Assembly (NCBI RefSeq): GCF_006345805.1
Contig: NC_043018.1
Coordinates: 23,622,001-23,686,000 of the forward strand
Reading direction: 5' to 3'
From: Octopus sinensis
Lineage: Eukaryota
Length of the DNA: 64,000 nucleotides
Shown here: positions 37,795-50,474 of the stretch, in pieces
How the letters are laid out: every line of letters starts with the position of its first letter
Position numbering within the stretch: position 1 is the first letter of the stretch
Position numbers and translations under genes: made by a program
The notes under the pieces: model-generated
What the model saw: only the letters and a program-made list of their open reading frames with translations
Told to the model about the DNA's origin: nothing
Database searches by the model: none

Positions 37795-39254
37795 ACATGT
37801 ATTCCTCCATACAACGCACCAACAACATTTTAGAACAGCACACACAGTGCTACATTAAGCTATTATTCACATGTATTCCTCCATACAACGCACCAACAAC
37901 ATTTTAAAACAGCACACACAGTGCTACATTAAACTATTATTCACATGTATTCCTCCATACAACGCACCAACATTTTAGAACAGCACACACAGTGCTACAT
38001 TAAACTATTATTCACATGTATTCCTCCATACAACGCACCAACAACATTTTAAAACAGCACACACAGTGCTACATTAAACTATTATTCACATGTATTCCTC
38101 CATACAAAGCACCAACAACATTTTAAAACAGCACACACACAGTGCTACATTAAACTATTATTCACATGTATTCCTCCATACAACGCATTAACAACATTTT
38201 AAAACAGCACACACAGTGCTACATTAAACTATTATTCACATGTATTCCTCCATACAACGCACCAACATTTTAAAACAGCACACACAGTGCTACATTAAGC
38301 TATTATTCACATGTATTCCTCCATACAACGCACCAACAACATTTTAGAACAGCACACACAGTGCTACATTAAACTATTATTCACATGTATTCCTCCATAC
38401 AAAGCACCAACAACATTTTAAAACAGCACACACAGTGCTACATTAAACTATTATTCACATGTATTCCTCCATACAAGCACCAACAACATTTTAAAACAGC
38501 ACACACAGTGCTACATTAAACTATTATTCACATGTATTCCTCCATACAACGCACCAACAACATTTTAGAACAGCACACACAGTGCTACATTAAACTATTA
38601 TTCACATGTATTCCTCCATACAAAGCACCAACAACATTTTAAAACAGCACACACAGTGCTACATTAAACTATTATTCACATGTATTCCTCCATACAACGC
38701 ACCAACAACATTTTAAAACAGCACACACAGTGCTACATTAAACTATTATTCACATGTATTCCTCCAAAGCACCAACATTTTAAAACAGCACACACAGTGC
38801 TACATTAAACTATTATTCACATGTATTCCTCCATACAATGCACCAACAACATTTTAAAACAGCACACACAGTGCTACATTAAACTATTATTCACATGTAT
38901 TCCTCCAAAGCACCAACATTTTAAAACAGCACACACAGTGCTACATTAAACTATTATTCACATGTATTCCTCCATACAATGCACCAACAACATTTTAAAA
39001 CAGCACACACAGTGCTACATTAAACTATTATTCACATGTATTCCTCCAAAGCACCAACAACATTTTAAAACAGCACACACAGTGCTACATTAAACTATTA
39101 TTCACATGTATTCCTCCATACAACGCACCAACAACATTTTAAAACAGCACACACAGTGCTACATTAAACTATTATTCACATGTATTCCTCCATACAAAGC
39201 ACCAACAACATTTTAAAACAGCACACACAGTGCTACATTAAACTATTATTCACA
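37795..39254. repeat. ~74-bp minisatellite, about 20 units
   Basis: Unit cacatgtattcctccatacaacgcaccaacaacattttaaaacagcacacacagtgctacattaaactattatt; no spacers; internal AGCAC/GTGCT stem. Confidence 0.97.
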
Positions 39255-40525
39255 CAGTTGGGAAAGTACAGCTCTTGACCCTAAATTACATTAAAAACTA
39301 AATATATAAAACAAACCTCCCATCTGTTCTGGGAAGCATGTTTATCTCTGCTTCAAGCTTTGACTAATATGCTATCTTTCTCCCACTCCTGCTTTTACAC
39401 TTACAATGAACTTTGACCTCTATATAGATATACCAAACCTGTACCCACCCTCTGACCCACTCAGTGCAATCACTTCTCCCTCCCTCTGTAATCTTGCCCC
39501 ATACTTTACAAAGACGAAACCTACTTCTTCCACAGTCATTTTTTGTAATGATCATTCTAGACCCAAATAGGCACATCTGATGAGTGTAGGTCTATCCAGA
39601 CTTGCATGAAACTTTTAATTATGTAACAAATATTTACATACCCTCACTTGAAGGTGGTTCACCAAATGGTCCTGTTGTCATTGCAGTGTGATAGATTGTC
39701 TGCTTCAATGACCCTAAGAGCTATGCCAGCAGAGCACAAGCTCTTGCTTGCCCCCCCTCCCCCCGGCCCCGCCCCATGCTGAATAGATCAAAGGATAGAA
39801 GCAAGATTAATATGGTCTGCCCTTTCTAAGAGGTAAAAACAGGTTTACATAGAGCTAACACCTTGAAGAAAACGAGGTTAGAGAAGCATTAATGGTAATT
39901 CTGAACCTGAGAGAAGGCCTTCCCTTGCAGAAACATGATGTGGGTGCAGCAAAATCTGAGCACCCCATGGGTGGGGGAATCTGTTGTCTGCTGTGCTACC
40001 TGGTTGAGTTAATGAATGAAAATATGTTTGTTGGGCAACAATGAAGAAGTGACTGAACAACACCTGCAAAATGTTTGTCTTTTCTGTTTTACTTGTTTCA
40101 GTCATTAGCCTGTGGCCATGCTGGAGCACTGCCTTAAAGAAATTTTAGTCAAATGAATTTGACCCCAGGACTTATTTTTTGAAGCCGGATACTAATTCTG
40201 TTGGTCTCTTTGTCAAATCAAGTTACAGGGATGTAAACACACCAACATCAGTTGTCAATCAGAGGTGGAGAACAAACAAGAACACACACACATAATGAGC
40301 TTCTTTCAGTTTCCGTTTACCAAATCCACTCACAAGGTTTTGGTCAGCCCAAGGTTATAGTATAAGACACTAACTAGTCCAAAGTTCCATCCAATAGGAC
40401 TGAACCTAGAACCATGTGGTTTGGAAGCAAACCTCCTACCTCAGAGCTGCACATGTGCTTATAACAGATTTTACTATTGCACATGAAGACAAACTACATT
40501 GGCCTTTTACAGTTAACAACAGTAA

Positions 40526-40907
40526 TCTCTCTCTATATAAACGGCAGTTTGTCTGTGTGCGTGTCTGTGTGTCTGTTAGGTTGTACCCTCACCCTGACCA
40601 CGGCTTTCAACCGATTCTGATGAAACTTGACACACACATAGCCCAATGTCATAATTCAAAACTAACGCAGCGAAAATTTTGAAAAGTTCCCCCAGTTCTG
40701 AAAAAAATCGATAAATTCGACATGGGGTCGAGAATCAGAAACACAAACCACAGACTATCTAGGGGATGCAACTCGACCTTTTTAACTCTCAAAAAAATTT
40801 ACCATCATTTTTTTCCCATGTTTTTGCTATTTTTTGGCTATAACTCTCTAAAAATGCTTTATAGTTATTTCCCTTACAAACCGAGCAACGCCGGGCTATA
40901 CTGCTAG
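40526..40907 (+). mobile_element. Non-autonomous Helitron-like element
   Basis: A|TC start, CTAG|T end, subterminal ccgagcaacgccggg, no TSD. Confidence 0.7.
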
Positions 40908-41189
40908 TAATTACATATTGAGAGAGATATACTACTCGGAGTTTCATGGTAAGCCATTGATTCAGCAATACGTGGCTTGCATACCATGACTGGAAACAGT
41001 TGTGCTACATTCATGACAACAGAAGTTCCTCTCATCTATCTGCACCATCTGCCTTCGCTGCTTTCCTGGGTTGTCTGGTTATTTCTGAGTGAAATGTCAC
41101 CAAATGCTGTTTAGTAGAGCTGTTGTTGAGTTGCTATTGTAATCACTAATGTCAATGCTCACCAATTGTCAGATTGTTGCAAGACTTTA

Positions 41190-41612
41190 ACCCTTTTAGT
41201 ACCAATCCAGCTGAAACTGCCTCAATAGTACAAATATTTTGTTTTCAGAAGTTCTGAATTAAAAATCTTCCACCAACCTTAGTCACAATTTATGTTCCTA
41301 ACAATAGCTTAACCCTTTTGTTACTGTATTTATTTTGAAATGGTCTGTGTTTCTTTCAATTACTTTAAATACTTATTTATTATTCAGCTAGTGTTAGGAA
41401 CATAAATTGTGACTAAGATTTAGTGGAAGATTTTAATTCAGAACTTATGAAAATAAGACATTTGTACTACAGAGCCAGAGGTGGTTTCAGGCAGGTTAGT
41501 ATCAAAAGGGTTAATGATAACAAAGTTATTTTACTAAATTCTTTGTTATATTTAAAATTAATTGAAAGAAACACAGAACATCTCAACAGAAATATGGTAA
41601 TAAATGGTTTAA
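41190..41612. mobile_element. piggyBac-like MITE (family 2, minus) with a same-family plus copy nested at 41313-41510
   Basis: TTAA|CCCTTT...AAAGGG|TTAA ends of the inner copy; outer halves are contiguous in the family consensus. Confidence 0.75.
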
Positions 41613-41956
41613 ATCCCAGTCATATTCTCATTGAAGATGGTTCCCCCTTAATGGGAATAATCCATCAAACACTGAAACTAACAAAATCAGCTAATGAGCG
41701 GAACCTTTATATGGTCATTCAACTAGGTAGAAATATCAGCTGAATCTCACTCAAATCACACTCCACTGTCTTAAACAAGACAAGATACGTTAATACTTGA
41801 CATCGCTAAAACAGATGGGATGGGCACAGCTGGAATGCCTTTCATCACAGATTTGCTAGATGAAGGTCGAAATCAGGGTTGACATAGCAGTAAACAACAA
41901 CAACAACAACAACCAATATTACAAATAAAAAATACAAAAACAACTGAACTAGTTAC

Positions 41957-42068
41957 CTGTTAAAAAGTTCTCGGTTGTGACTCGTATTTGAGAGCCATCA
42001 GAAGGAAACATCGTGTAACATTTGCTGGTTAGTTTTATAAGGTTGTCGTCCAGCTTGTAACCTGAAAA
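41957..42068 (-). CDS. SPAG17: SPAG17 exon (phase 0 to 1, 112 nt; absent from ORF track)
   Basis: Acceptor tcacttttacag|TTT, donor ACAG|gtaact; FSGYKLDDNLIKLTSKCYTMFPSDGSQIRVTTENFLTG, matching SPAG17 F.GY...D.LI.......FP.DG.QI.V (recalled). Confidence 0.9.
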
Positions 42069-42743
42069 CTGTAAAAGTGAACGCTACAACAAAACTATTG
42101 TAAGACGAGTGCCACCAATCATATTATAGGTGATATTAGGAATCTACAATTTTTGCCATTTCAGGTAACGTTATCCCAAGTATAATAACTGGCATCTGTG
42201 TCAATGGCACGTAAAAAGCAACTGTTCCACTCTTGGAGTGGTTGGCATTAGAAAGGTCATCCAGGTGTAGAAACCATGTAAAACCAGAATGGAACCTGGT
42301 GCAGCCCCAGGGCTTATTTCTTGAGTCTAGTACTTATTCTACCAGGCTCTTTTGCTGAAATGCTAAGTAATCAGGACAACAGTTGTCAAGCGGTGAAGAT
42401 GGGGACAAATACAAAGACACACACACACATATATGACAGGTTTCTTTCAGTTTCCATCTACCAAATCCACTTGCAAGGTTTTGGTTGGCACGAGAGTATA
42501 GAAGATACTCGCCCAAGGTGACACACAGTGGGACTGAGTCTGGAACCATGTGGTTGAAAAGCAAGCTTCTTACCACACAGCCACGCCTATGTGTGTGTGT
42601 GTGTGTGTGTGTGTGGTTTATCAATCCTGAAATGAGGGAGCGCAAAGACGACCCAGGCAGAATTTGAACTCAGAATGTAAAGACAGATGAAATGCTACTA
42701 AGCACTTTGTCCAGCATGCTAACAATTCTGCCAGCTTACCACC

Positions 42744-42774
<31 letters not shown>

Positions 42775-42998
42775 CTCTTCTACAAAAGGCACAAAGCCTA
42801 AAAATTTGGGGGAGAGCAACTAGTCAGTTAATTCCACCCCAGTGTTCCACTGGTACTTAATTTATCAACCCCAAAAGAATAAAAGGCAAAGCTGACTTCA
42901 GCAGAATTTGAACTCAGAACATGAAGGCAGCTGAAATACCACTAAGCATTTCACCTGGCATACCAAACAATCTGGCAAGCTCACCACCTTATATACAC

Positions 42999-43031
<33 letters not shown>

Positions 43032-43262
43032 TCTTTTTTATTGGCCACAAGGGCTGACACGCATGATTTGAAACATGAAGGGACAAGACAGGATGAAAGG
43101 TTACAAAGGGTTTTATCCGTTTTTGTAAAAAAATCCGTGTAAAAAAAAAATAATAATAATAATAATCCTTTCTACTAAAGGCACAAGCCTGAAATTTGGG
43201 GGAAGGGGACTAGTCAATTACACAGACTGATGGCAAGACACCTTGTATAAAGGGATACTTAC

Positions 43263-43415
43263 AGGTAATTCAGGTTTGTCAGGGTCCGGTTCAATGATAC
43301 TGGAATGCATATCATACAAACTGTCATCATACATTGACTTGAAACGACCTATTCTGGGAGTTTTGAGACTACAACGAGACATGACCCTTTTCTCTTTGTC
43401 AGGTGATTTATCTTG
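43263..43415 (-). CDS. SPAG17: SPAG17 exon (phase 0 to 0, 153 nt)
   Basis: Acceptor ctatgtttcag|CAA, donor CCT|gtaagt; QDKSPDKEKRVMSRCSLKTPRIGRFKSMYDDSLYDMHSSIIEPDPDKPELP. Confidence 0.75.
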
Positions 43416-43559
43416 CTGAAACATAGCAGGCATGCATATAGACACAGGCTTTAGCAGCACATAAAAATATAATAGTCACATGTATTATATACGAGCGTGT
43501 GTGTATATGTGTGTGTGTGTGTGCGTGTATATGTGTGTGTGTGCGTGTAGATATATCAT

Positions 43560-44990
43560 CATCATCATTTAACGTCCGTTTTTCCATGCTGGCATGGGTT
43601 GGATGGTTTGACAGAGGAGTGGCAAGCCAGTAGGCTGCACCAGGCTCCAATCTGATCTAGTAAGGTTTCTACAGCTGGACGCCCTTCCTAACACCAACCA
43701 CTCTGAGAGTGTAGTGGGTGCCTTTTACATGCCACTGGCATGAGAGCCAGTCAGGCGGCACTGGCATCAACCAAGTTTGGTTGGTGCTTTTTACGTGCCA
43801 CCAGCACGGGGGGGGGGCTAGTCAGTTTGCACTGGCATCGGCCACGACTACAATTTCACTTGACTCAACAGGTCTTCTCGAGCACAGCATATTGTCCGAT
43901 GATTGAAGGGAACTCTTAAATGGGCCAGTTATGTGACACTGGTATCGGCCACAGCTGTGATGTCACTTTGCTTGCTGAGTCTTCTCAATCACCCCATATC
44001 TTCAAAGGTCTCGATCTCTTGTCATTGCCTCTGTGAAGCCCAATGTTCGAAGGTTGTGCTTCACCACCTCATCCCATGTCATCCTGGGTCTACCTCTTCC
44101 ACAGGTTCCTTACACTGTTAGGGTGTGACACTTCACACAGCTGTCTTTGCCCATGCACAGCACATGACCATACCAGTGCAGTCATCTTTCTTGCACACCA
44201 CATCTGATACTTCATACATCCAACTTTTCTCTCAAGGCACTTATACTCTGTTGAGTATGCACACTGACATTACACATCCAGCGGAACATTCTAGCTTCAA
44301 TTCTTTTAAGCCTACACATATCCTCAGCAGTCATGGCCCGTTTCACTGTCATGTAGCATGGCTGTTCGTACACATGCATCATACAGTCTACCTTTCACTC
44401 TGAGCAAGAGGCCCTTACCGGCAGAGGTAGAAGCTTTCTAAACTTTGCCCTGGCTATTCTTATACTAGCTTGGTCACCTAGGTAGCAGAAGCTAGCAACT
44501 ACTACTAGTTTCTCCCCCTGGCATGTGATGGAGTCTGTTTTCTGAGCATCTGTGATGTTTATTGCCCCTGTGTATCCTCCACACATAAAAACTATCTTCC
44601 CAGTTAACCTTTGTTTGATATTGCTACACCTCTTATACATCCATAGCTTACACCAGGTACATCTTATGGAGTTTCTACCTACACCTTTTCTACAGATTGA
44701 GCAGGGCCATCTACTTGAGGGGGTTTGTGATTTGTCTGCCTTCCTACTTACTAGGACTTTGGTTTTTGCTAGACTGACTCTAAAGCCCTTTGCTTCCACA
44801 CCTAGTTCTGATAGTGAATCAGCTACTAGAGCAAGGTCATCAGCATAGAGGAGCTCCCAGAGGTAACCTGTCTTGAATTCTTCTGGTATTGCCTGGAGGA
44901 CTATGATGAAAAAGATGGGGCTGAGGACTGATCCTTGGTGAACCCCTACTTCTAACCGGGACCTTATGAGTTGGCGTGACTTGAGGTCAT
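43560..44990 (-). mobile_element. 5'-truncated RTE LINE (RT fragment, Cys-rich insert, C-terminus and type D 3' tail)
   Basis: GVHQGSVLSP.FFIIVLQAI.EEFKTG..WELLYADDL...KTKVLVS...WPCSICRKGVGRNSI.C..C; the tail at 43565-43860 shows that type D repeats are RTE 3' ends. Confidence 0.88.
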
Positions 44991-45191
44991 TTGCTTGCAA
45001 TCTTGTGTGCAAACATATCCAGAAAAGGGGAAAATATCCGTTGGGGAATGAGTCAGTGTTGGGAACAGGAAGAGCATCCAGCCATAGAAAATCTGCCTGA
45101 ACTCGTTTCATCTGACCCATGCAAGCATAGAAAAGCAGATGTCGAAATGATGACACACACATTCATTTACTTGAAGAGAAAAAATTCTTAC

Positions 45192-45346
45192 TCTTGGTGG
45201 AGATTTTCGTTTCTTCTTGTCCTTATCAAGCTCGTCAACCTTCATTACATGTTCTTCCTTCTTGGAAGCCTTGAGAGAATGGGGCCTTGTAAATTGATCT
45301 TCATCGAATATGGATTTAGATTGCTCAGAATTTACATTGGAAACCA
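45192..45346 (-). CDS. SPAG17: SPAG17 exon (phase 1 to 0, 155 nt)
   Basis: Acceptor tttttctgtgttag|TG, donor AGA|gtaaga; VSNVNSEQSKSIFDEDQFTRPHSLKASKKEEHVMK...KSPPR (F.RP.SLKA motif, recalled). Confidence 0.85.
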
Positions 45347-45379
45347 CTAACACAGAAAAATAAGAAAAGCAGAAGCCAA

Positions 45380-45822
45380 CTTTAGCATTTAATCTGGCCA
45401 TATGTGGCCCAAATATTATACTTGTTTTATGTATAAACTGGCCAGATCCTGCCTCTCACATCTAACCTATAATGTCATTTGGAAAATATACAATCACGTC
45501 ATCAAAATCTCAACACTACAAAATCATAAATGACTAGGTGAAAACATGTTAACCCTTTCGTTACCATATTTCTGTTGAGATGCTCTGTGTTTCTTTCAAT
45601 TATTTTAGACGTAACAAAGAATTTAGTAAAATAACTTCATTATCATTAAGTTAGGAACATGAATTGTGACTAAGGTTTGCTGGAAGATTTTAATTCAAAA
45701 TTTATGAAAACAAGACATTTGTACTACAGAGCCAGAGCCGGTTTCAGCCGGGTTGGTAACGAAAGGGTTAATTAATAATAGACATTACGTTTGACAGAAT
45801 AATGTGAATGCTAAAGGGTTAA
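45380..45822 (+). mobile_element. piggyBac-like MITE family 1 containing a nested family 2 MITE (45552-45767)
   Basis: Inner TIR CCCTTTCGTTACCA/TGGTAACGAAAGGG with TTAA duplication; outer ends ttagcatt...aatgctaaagggttaa; other family 1 copies at 8830-9052, 50985-51403, 54678-54834; family 2 copy at 63180-63399. Confidence 0.8.
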
Positions 45823-45931
45823 TGAACAATTAAGGAATAAATGTGAATGCTAAAGGGTTAATGAACAATTAAGAATAAGTAATTTATTCCTTAAATAGTC
45901 GGAAGCAATGAAAGGAAGGAGACACGAGTGA

Positions 45932-46030
45932 GGTTAACCCTTTTGGAATACCATCATGTTAACCCTTTTGGAATACCATCAGGTTAACCCTTTTAGAATA
46001 CCATCAGGTTAACCCTTTTGGAATATTACC
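45932..46030. repeat. 25-bp repeat (gttaacccttttggaataccatcat) x4; about 8 more units at 48305-48750, split by a type B SINE
   Basis: Read directly. Confidence 0.9.
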
Positions 46031-46601
46031 CACAAGGGGCTAAACATAGAGGGAACAAACAAGGACAGACATAGGTATTAAGGTGATTACATTGACCCCA
46101 GTGCAAAACTGGTACTATAGTGATATAGTGATATCACTATATCACTATTGATATAGTGATAGTGATGATCATAGTAGAGTGATGGTGATTCAGAAGTGGT
46201 GATGATAATGGGGGGGGGGGTGATCTGTCTGTCTGGTCTACTACAACAATAACAGTCTCTGCTCTGAACTTCCTAAGTTGCACATCACCCTATCCCACCT
46301 CTCCTCATCCTTCTCACTCGTGTCTCCTTCCTTTCATTGCTTCCGACCATGCCACAACCTCAATTCTCATCCTTCCTCTCACTAATCAATTACCAAATGT
46401 TTCCAAAGAGTGAATCCTGGAGAGTTCCCATCTTCCCTAAATTTATTATTATTATCATTAACATCAACTTACAGATGTAAAAGCTCAAAAAGAAACTTGC
46501 ATTGATCTCACCAATCTTAAGAACTCTCAAGGTCATAATCACAAACTGACCCCATTCTAGCAAATGAAGCATCAAAATGGAAAAGATACAAAATTACTTA
46601 C

Positions 46602-46798
46602 GTTCTTTCTTTTTTAGCACCTTTTTGTCGTCAAGTGAGTGTCTGTTCTCTACTCTATCAACTTTAAAATACTCACTCACAACTGTTTGTTGTTCCAGCA
46701 ACTTCAGTGCTTTCTCTTCTTTTAGCTGCTCCAGTTCCTTTTTATCTTCTGCCAAGGACCATTCTTTGATTTCATCAGCAACATAAAACATAAAGTTC
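46602..46798 (-). CDS. SPAG17: SPAG17 exon (phase 2 to 1, 197 nt)
   Basis: Acceptor ctgctgtttacag|G, donor GAAC|gtaagt; (R)NFMFYVADEIKEWSLAEDKKELEQLKEEKALK...LKKKE continues the GFRN motif. Confidence 0.9.
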
Positions 46799-46905
46799 CT
46801 GTAAACAGCAGAGTTCAACTAAAATAATAGCTTTTAGTGAATTTCCCGCCTCCGTCCTATACACACACACACACACACATACACACCTTTTCTGTTCCTG
46901 TATCT

Positions 46906-47254
46906 CAGAGTTTCTCAACAATTTTTTATCTATCGACCCTTTCGATTATTATTTAATTCTGGTGGACCCCCGTAGCCATTCAACCTTTAAAGACTAGTTT
47001 TATAGAAACTTCTTTCAAAATCCCTATTTTGTTTCCCACACATTCCCTTGTTTAAGTTGAACTATGTAAAATGTTAGAGAAAGAAACCCAACTGTTTCTT
47101 GCAATACATACCAATTCTTACATCTAAAGCAAAATTTTGGGGGGAACCATTAAACTACTATTGTGGATCCCCAATTTACTATTTTGTTGCATGGGCCCCC
47201 AGAAATCTTACATGGACCATCAGGGGCCATATAGACCCCAACTGAGAACCACTG
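46906..47254. mobile_element. hAT (Charlie-like) MITE; related partial copy at 57417-57545
   Basis: CAGAGTTTCTCAAC...ACTGAGAACCACTG termini; degenerate 8-bp flanks ctgtatct/ctaaatcc. Confidence 0.6.
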
Positions 47255-50200
47255 CTAAATCCCTATTCTCTCTCATATTCTCCATATACCCTGACTTCAT
47301 ATCTCTTTCTCTTTCTCCCTTTCCAGGTGGAAAAGGCATATATTCACCTCTTCACCAAGACACCTGTTCCCTTCCCTCTATTATACTTTCACAACTCTCA
47401 ATACTATGTCCTGCTCCGTAGAGGGCTCTTGTCTTGCAAATACTTGGTGACATTACAAGGGCTGGTGCCATGAAAAAAAAAGCACCCCGTACGTCATCAT
47501 CATCACTGTTTAACAGGAGCCAGCCAGGTAGAAGACTACCCCAGGCTACTGTGTCTGTTTTGGCATGGTTGGATGCCCTTCATAACACCAACCACCCTGT
47601 AAAGTGGATCAAATGCTTTATATGTGGTACCAGAACAAGCAAGGTCAGTTTTGGCAGGGTTTTTACAGCTGGATGCCCTTCCAAATGCCAACCACTTCAC
47701 AGTGTGGACTGGATGCTTTTTACGTGGTACCAGCACTGACAGGGTCACCAAGTAACTTGCAAGACAAGGAATTTTGAGAGGGGTGGAGGGCATTGGAGGA
47801 TTTGATCTTGTATCAGATGATGAAAGGTTAGAGTGGTTAGCATTAAGAAGGGCATCCAGCCGTAGAAACTAAGTCAAAACACATGACTGGAACCTTGTAC
47901 GGCTTTGGTCGAACCATCCAATCCATGCCAGCATGAAAAACAGACATTAAAGGATGATGGTGACAATGATGATGATGTTCATAGGATATCTCTTCAACCC
48001 AATAGGGTTCAGGCACTCAGTACACACACTTTGAAATGTAGAGAAAAAAATCCTTGAAAGATTGACGAGTGACAACTGTTGACCACATTGGTGAAAGTTT
48101 GACCATGGAGGAGAATGCTTGACCACAGTGGATAATGAATACAATGGTGAATGCCTGATCCCAGTGATAGCTGTTTGACCACAGCAGTGAATGCTTAACT
48201 CAGTACCCCAACCTCATCACTTAGTCACTGTCCCCTCTTTACATTTCTTACTAAAACCTTTCAGAGCACATTGGGAATCATTGTTTTAGACCCATTTCTT
48301 ATGCACCTCTTTTGGAATACCATCGTGTTAACCCTTTTGGAATACCTATTTCTTTATTACCCACAAGGGGCTAAACATAGAGGGGACAAACAAGGACAGA
48401 CATAGGTATTAAGGTGATTACATTGACCCCAGTGTGAAACTGGTACTTATTTAATCGACCCCAAAAGGATGAAAGGCAAAGTCGACCTTGGTGGAATTTG
48501 AACTCAGAACGTAACGGCAGACGAAATACGGCTACGCCTTTCGCCCAGCATGCTAACGTTTCTGCCAGCTCACCGCCTTTTGGAATACCATCATGTTAAC
48601 CCTTTTGGAATACCATCATGTTAACCCTTTTGGAATACCATCAGGTTAACCCTTTTGGAATACCATCATGTTAACCTTTTGGAATACTATCAGGTTAACC
48701 CTTTTGGAATACCATCATGTTAACCCTTTTGGAAACCATTATGTTAACCCTAAACTGGCCATATCCAGCCTCTCATACCAACCCTACAATGCCATTCTAA
48801 AATAAAAAAACACATCATTGAAATCTCAAAGTTATGAGATAATGCAGGATTAATCTGAAGGTGCATGGCTCAGTGGTTACAGTGGTGAGCTCACAATCAT
48901 GAGGTAGTGAGTTCGATTCCTGGACTGGGCATTGTTGTGTTCTTGAGCAGTTTAATCAGCTGTGAAAATGAGTAGTGATGTCACTGGTGCCATCAGCCTT
49001 TGCCTTTCCCTTGGATGACATCAGAGGCATGGAGAGGGGAGGCTGGTATGCATGGATGACTGCTGGTATGCATGGGTGGCCGCTGGTCTTCCATAAATAA
49101 CCATGCCCAGACTTGTGCCTCGGTGGGTAACTTTCTAGGTGCAATTTCATGGTCATTCATGAACGAAGGGGATTTTTACCTTGTTTTTTACCCAATCTGA
49201 AACAATATGAATAAATAAGCATTACATTTCTAATCTGAATTTAGCATTCAGGGTAATCTGATTGCTAAAGGATTAAAGCTTTCAATTCTACATGTTTCCT
49301 TTCCAAATACCAACCAGAATCACTAACCCTCACTTGGTTATTCCTGTATTCCCACTCATGACAATCACCAGTCTGGTGTAGGGCAGAATGGGGGTTGAAA
49401 AGGCTAATTGCACTGTATTCCAGCTTTTCAGAGAAACAAACAAAATAAAGAAGGGGAGAACATGTATATGGTTGCCTGACTTGCAAGAAATAATAGTCAA
49501 ATCTTGTTTAAATTGCATCCATCTTAAATATGGAGAAACAAGGCACATTAACCCTTTAGAATTTAAATGGCCATATCTGGCCAAAATATTCTACCCTTCT
49601 TATGTTGAAACTGCCTATCACACCTACCCTACAATATTATCCTAAAATTTAACAATCATATCTTTAAAGTTTCAAAACTATGAAATAATGCATGATGAAT
49701 TCAAAGCAATGTAAATAAAAAGTAAGTATAACAATGCTAAACAGTTAAATAATGTAGTCTTTAATATATTTTTGTGGAGGCGCAATGGCCCAGTGGTTAG
49801 GGCAGCGGACTCGTGGTCATAGGATCGCGGTTTCGATTCCCAGACCGGGCGTTGTGAGTGTTTATTGAGCGAAAACACCTAAAAAAGCTCCACGAGGCTC
49901 CGGCAGGGGATGGTGGTGATCCCTGCTGTACTCTTTCACCACAACTTTCTCTCACTCTTACTTCCTGTTTCTGTTGTACCTGTATTTCAAAGGGCCAGCC
50001 TTGTCACTCTCTGTGTCACGCTGAATATCCCCGAGAACTACGTTAAGTGTACACGTGTCTGTGGAGTGCTCAGCCACTTACACGTTAATTTTACGAGCAG
50101 GCTGTTCTGTTGATTCGGATCAACAGGAACCCTCATCGTCGTAAACAACGGAATGCTTCCACAATATATTTTTACCCCAACCACCGAAGATAATATTAGA

Positions 50201-50277
50201 ATTGTCAGAATTGAACCATGTTTGATTATAGCTGGAGCTAAAATGGAAGAAGTGAAATGAGGAAATGTTAGACCCAC

Positions 50278-50432
50278 CTAAATCCAATATTTGAATATAA
50301 CTGGACATGCCATGTCTGTAAATTGAACAAGTCTTTGTTGTAAGGGTTGTCCAAAATTAAATACAGGCAGTCTTCCCTGATATGATAATATTTAGTGTAG
50401 TGGGGCTGGTAGTACATAGCTTCAAACAGCAC
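50278..50432 (-). CDS. SPAG17: SPAG17 exon (phase 0 to 2, 155 nt; absent from ORF track)
   Basis: Acceptor ctgctttactttcag|GTG, donor TTTAG|gtgggt; VLFEAMYYQPHYTKYYHIREDCLYLILDNPYNKDLFNLQTWHVQLYSNIGFR, matching the SPAG17 H/DNP...W...L.SN.GFR motif (recalled). Confidence 0.9.
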
Positions 50433-50474
50433 CTGAAAGTAAAGCAGATGGATCGATTAAATGTTTAATCCTTT

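Noticed and set aside
37795-39254. CRISPR-like regular array
   Set aside because: Units are contiguous with no unique spacers, no cas genes are present and the context is eukaryotic.
41423-41743. 106-aa plus-strand ORF
   Set aside because: Spans nested non-coding MITEs; chance ORF.
49775-49850. tRNA gene-like sequence (also heads at 5560-5635, 19270-19330, 27183-27270)
   Set aside because: A and B boxes are present but continue into multi-copy SINE bodies; no convincing cloverleaf.
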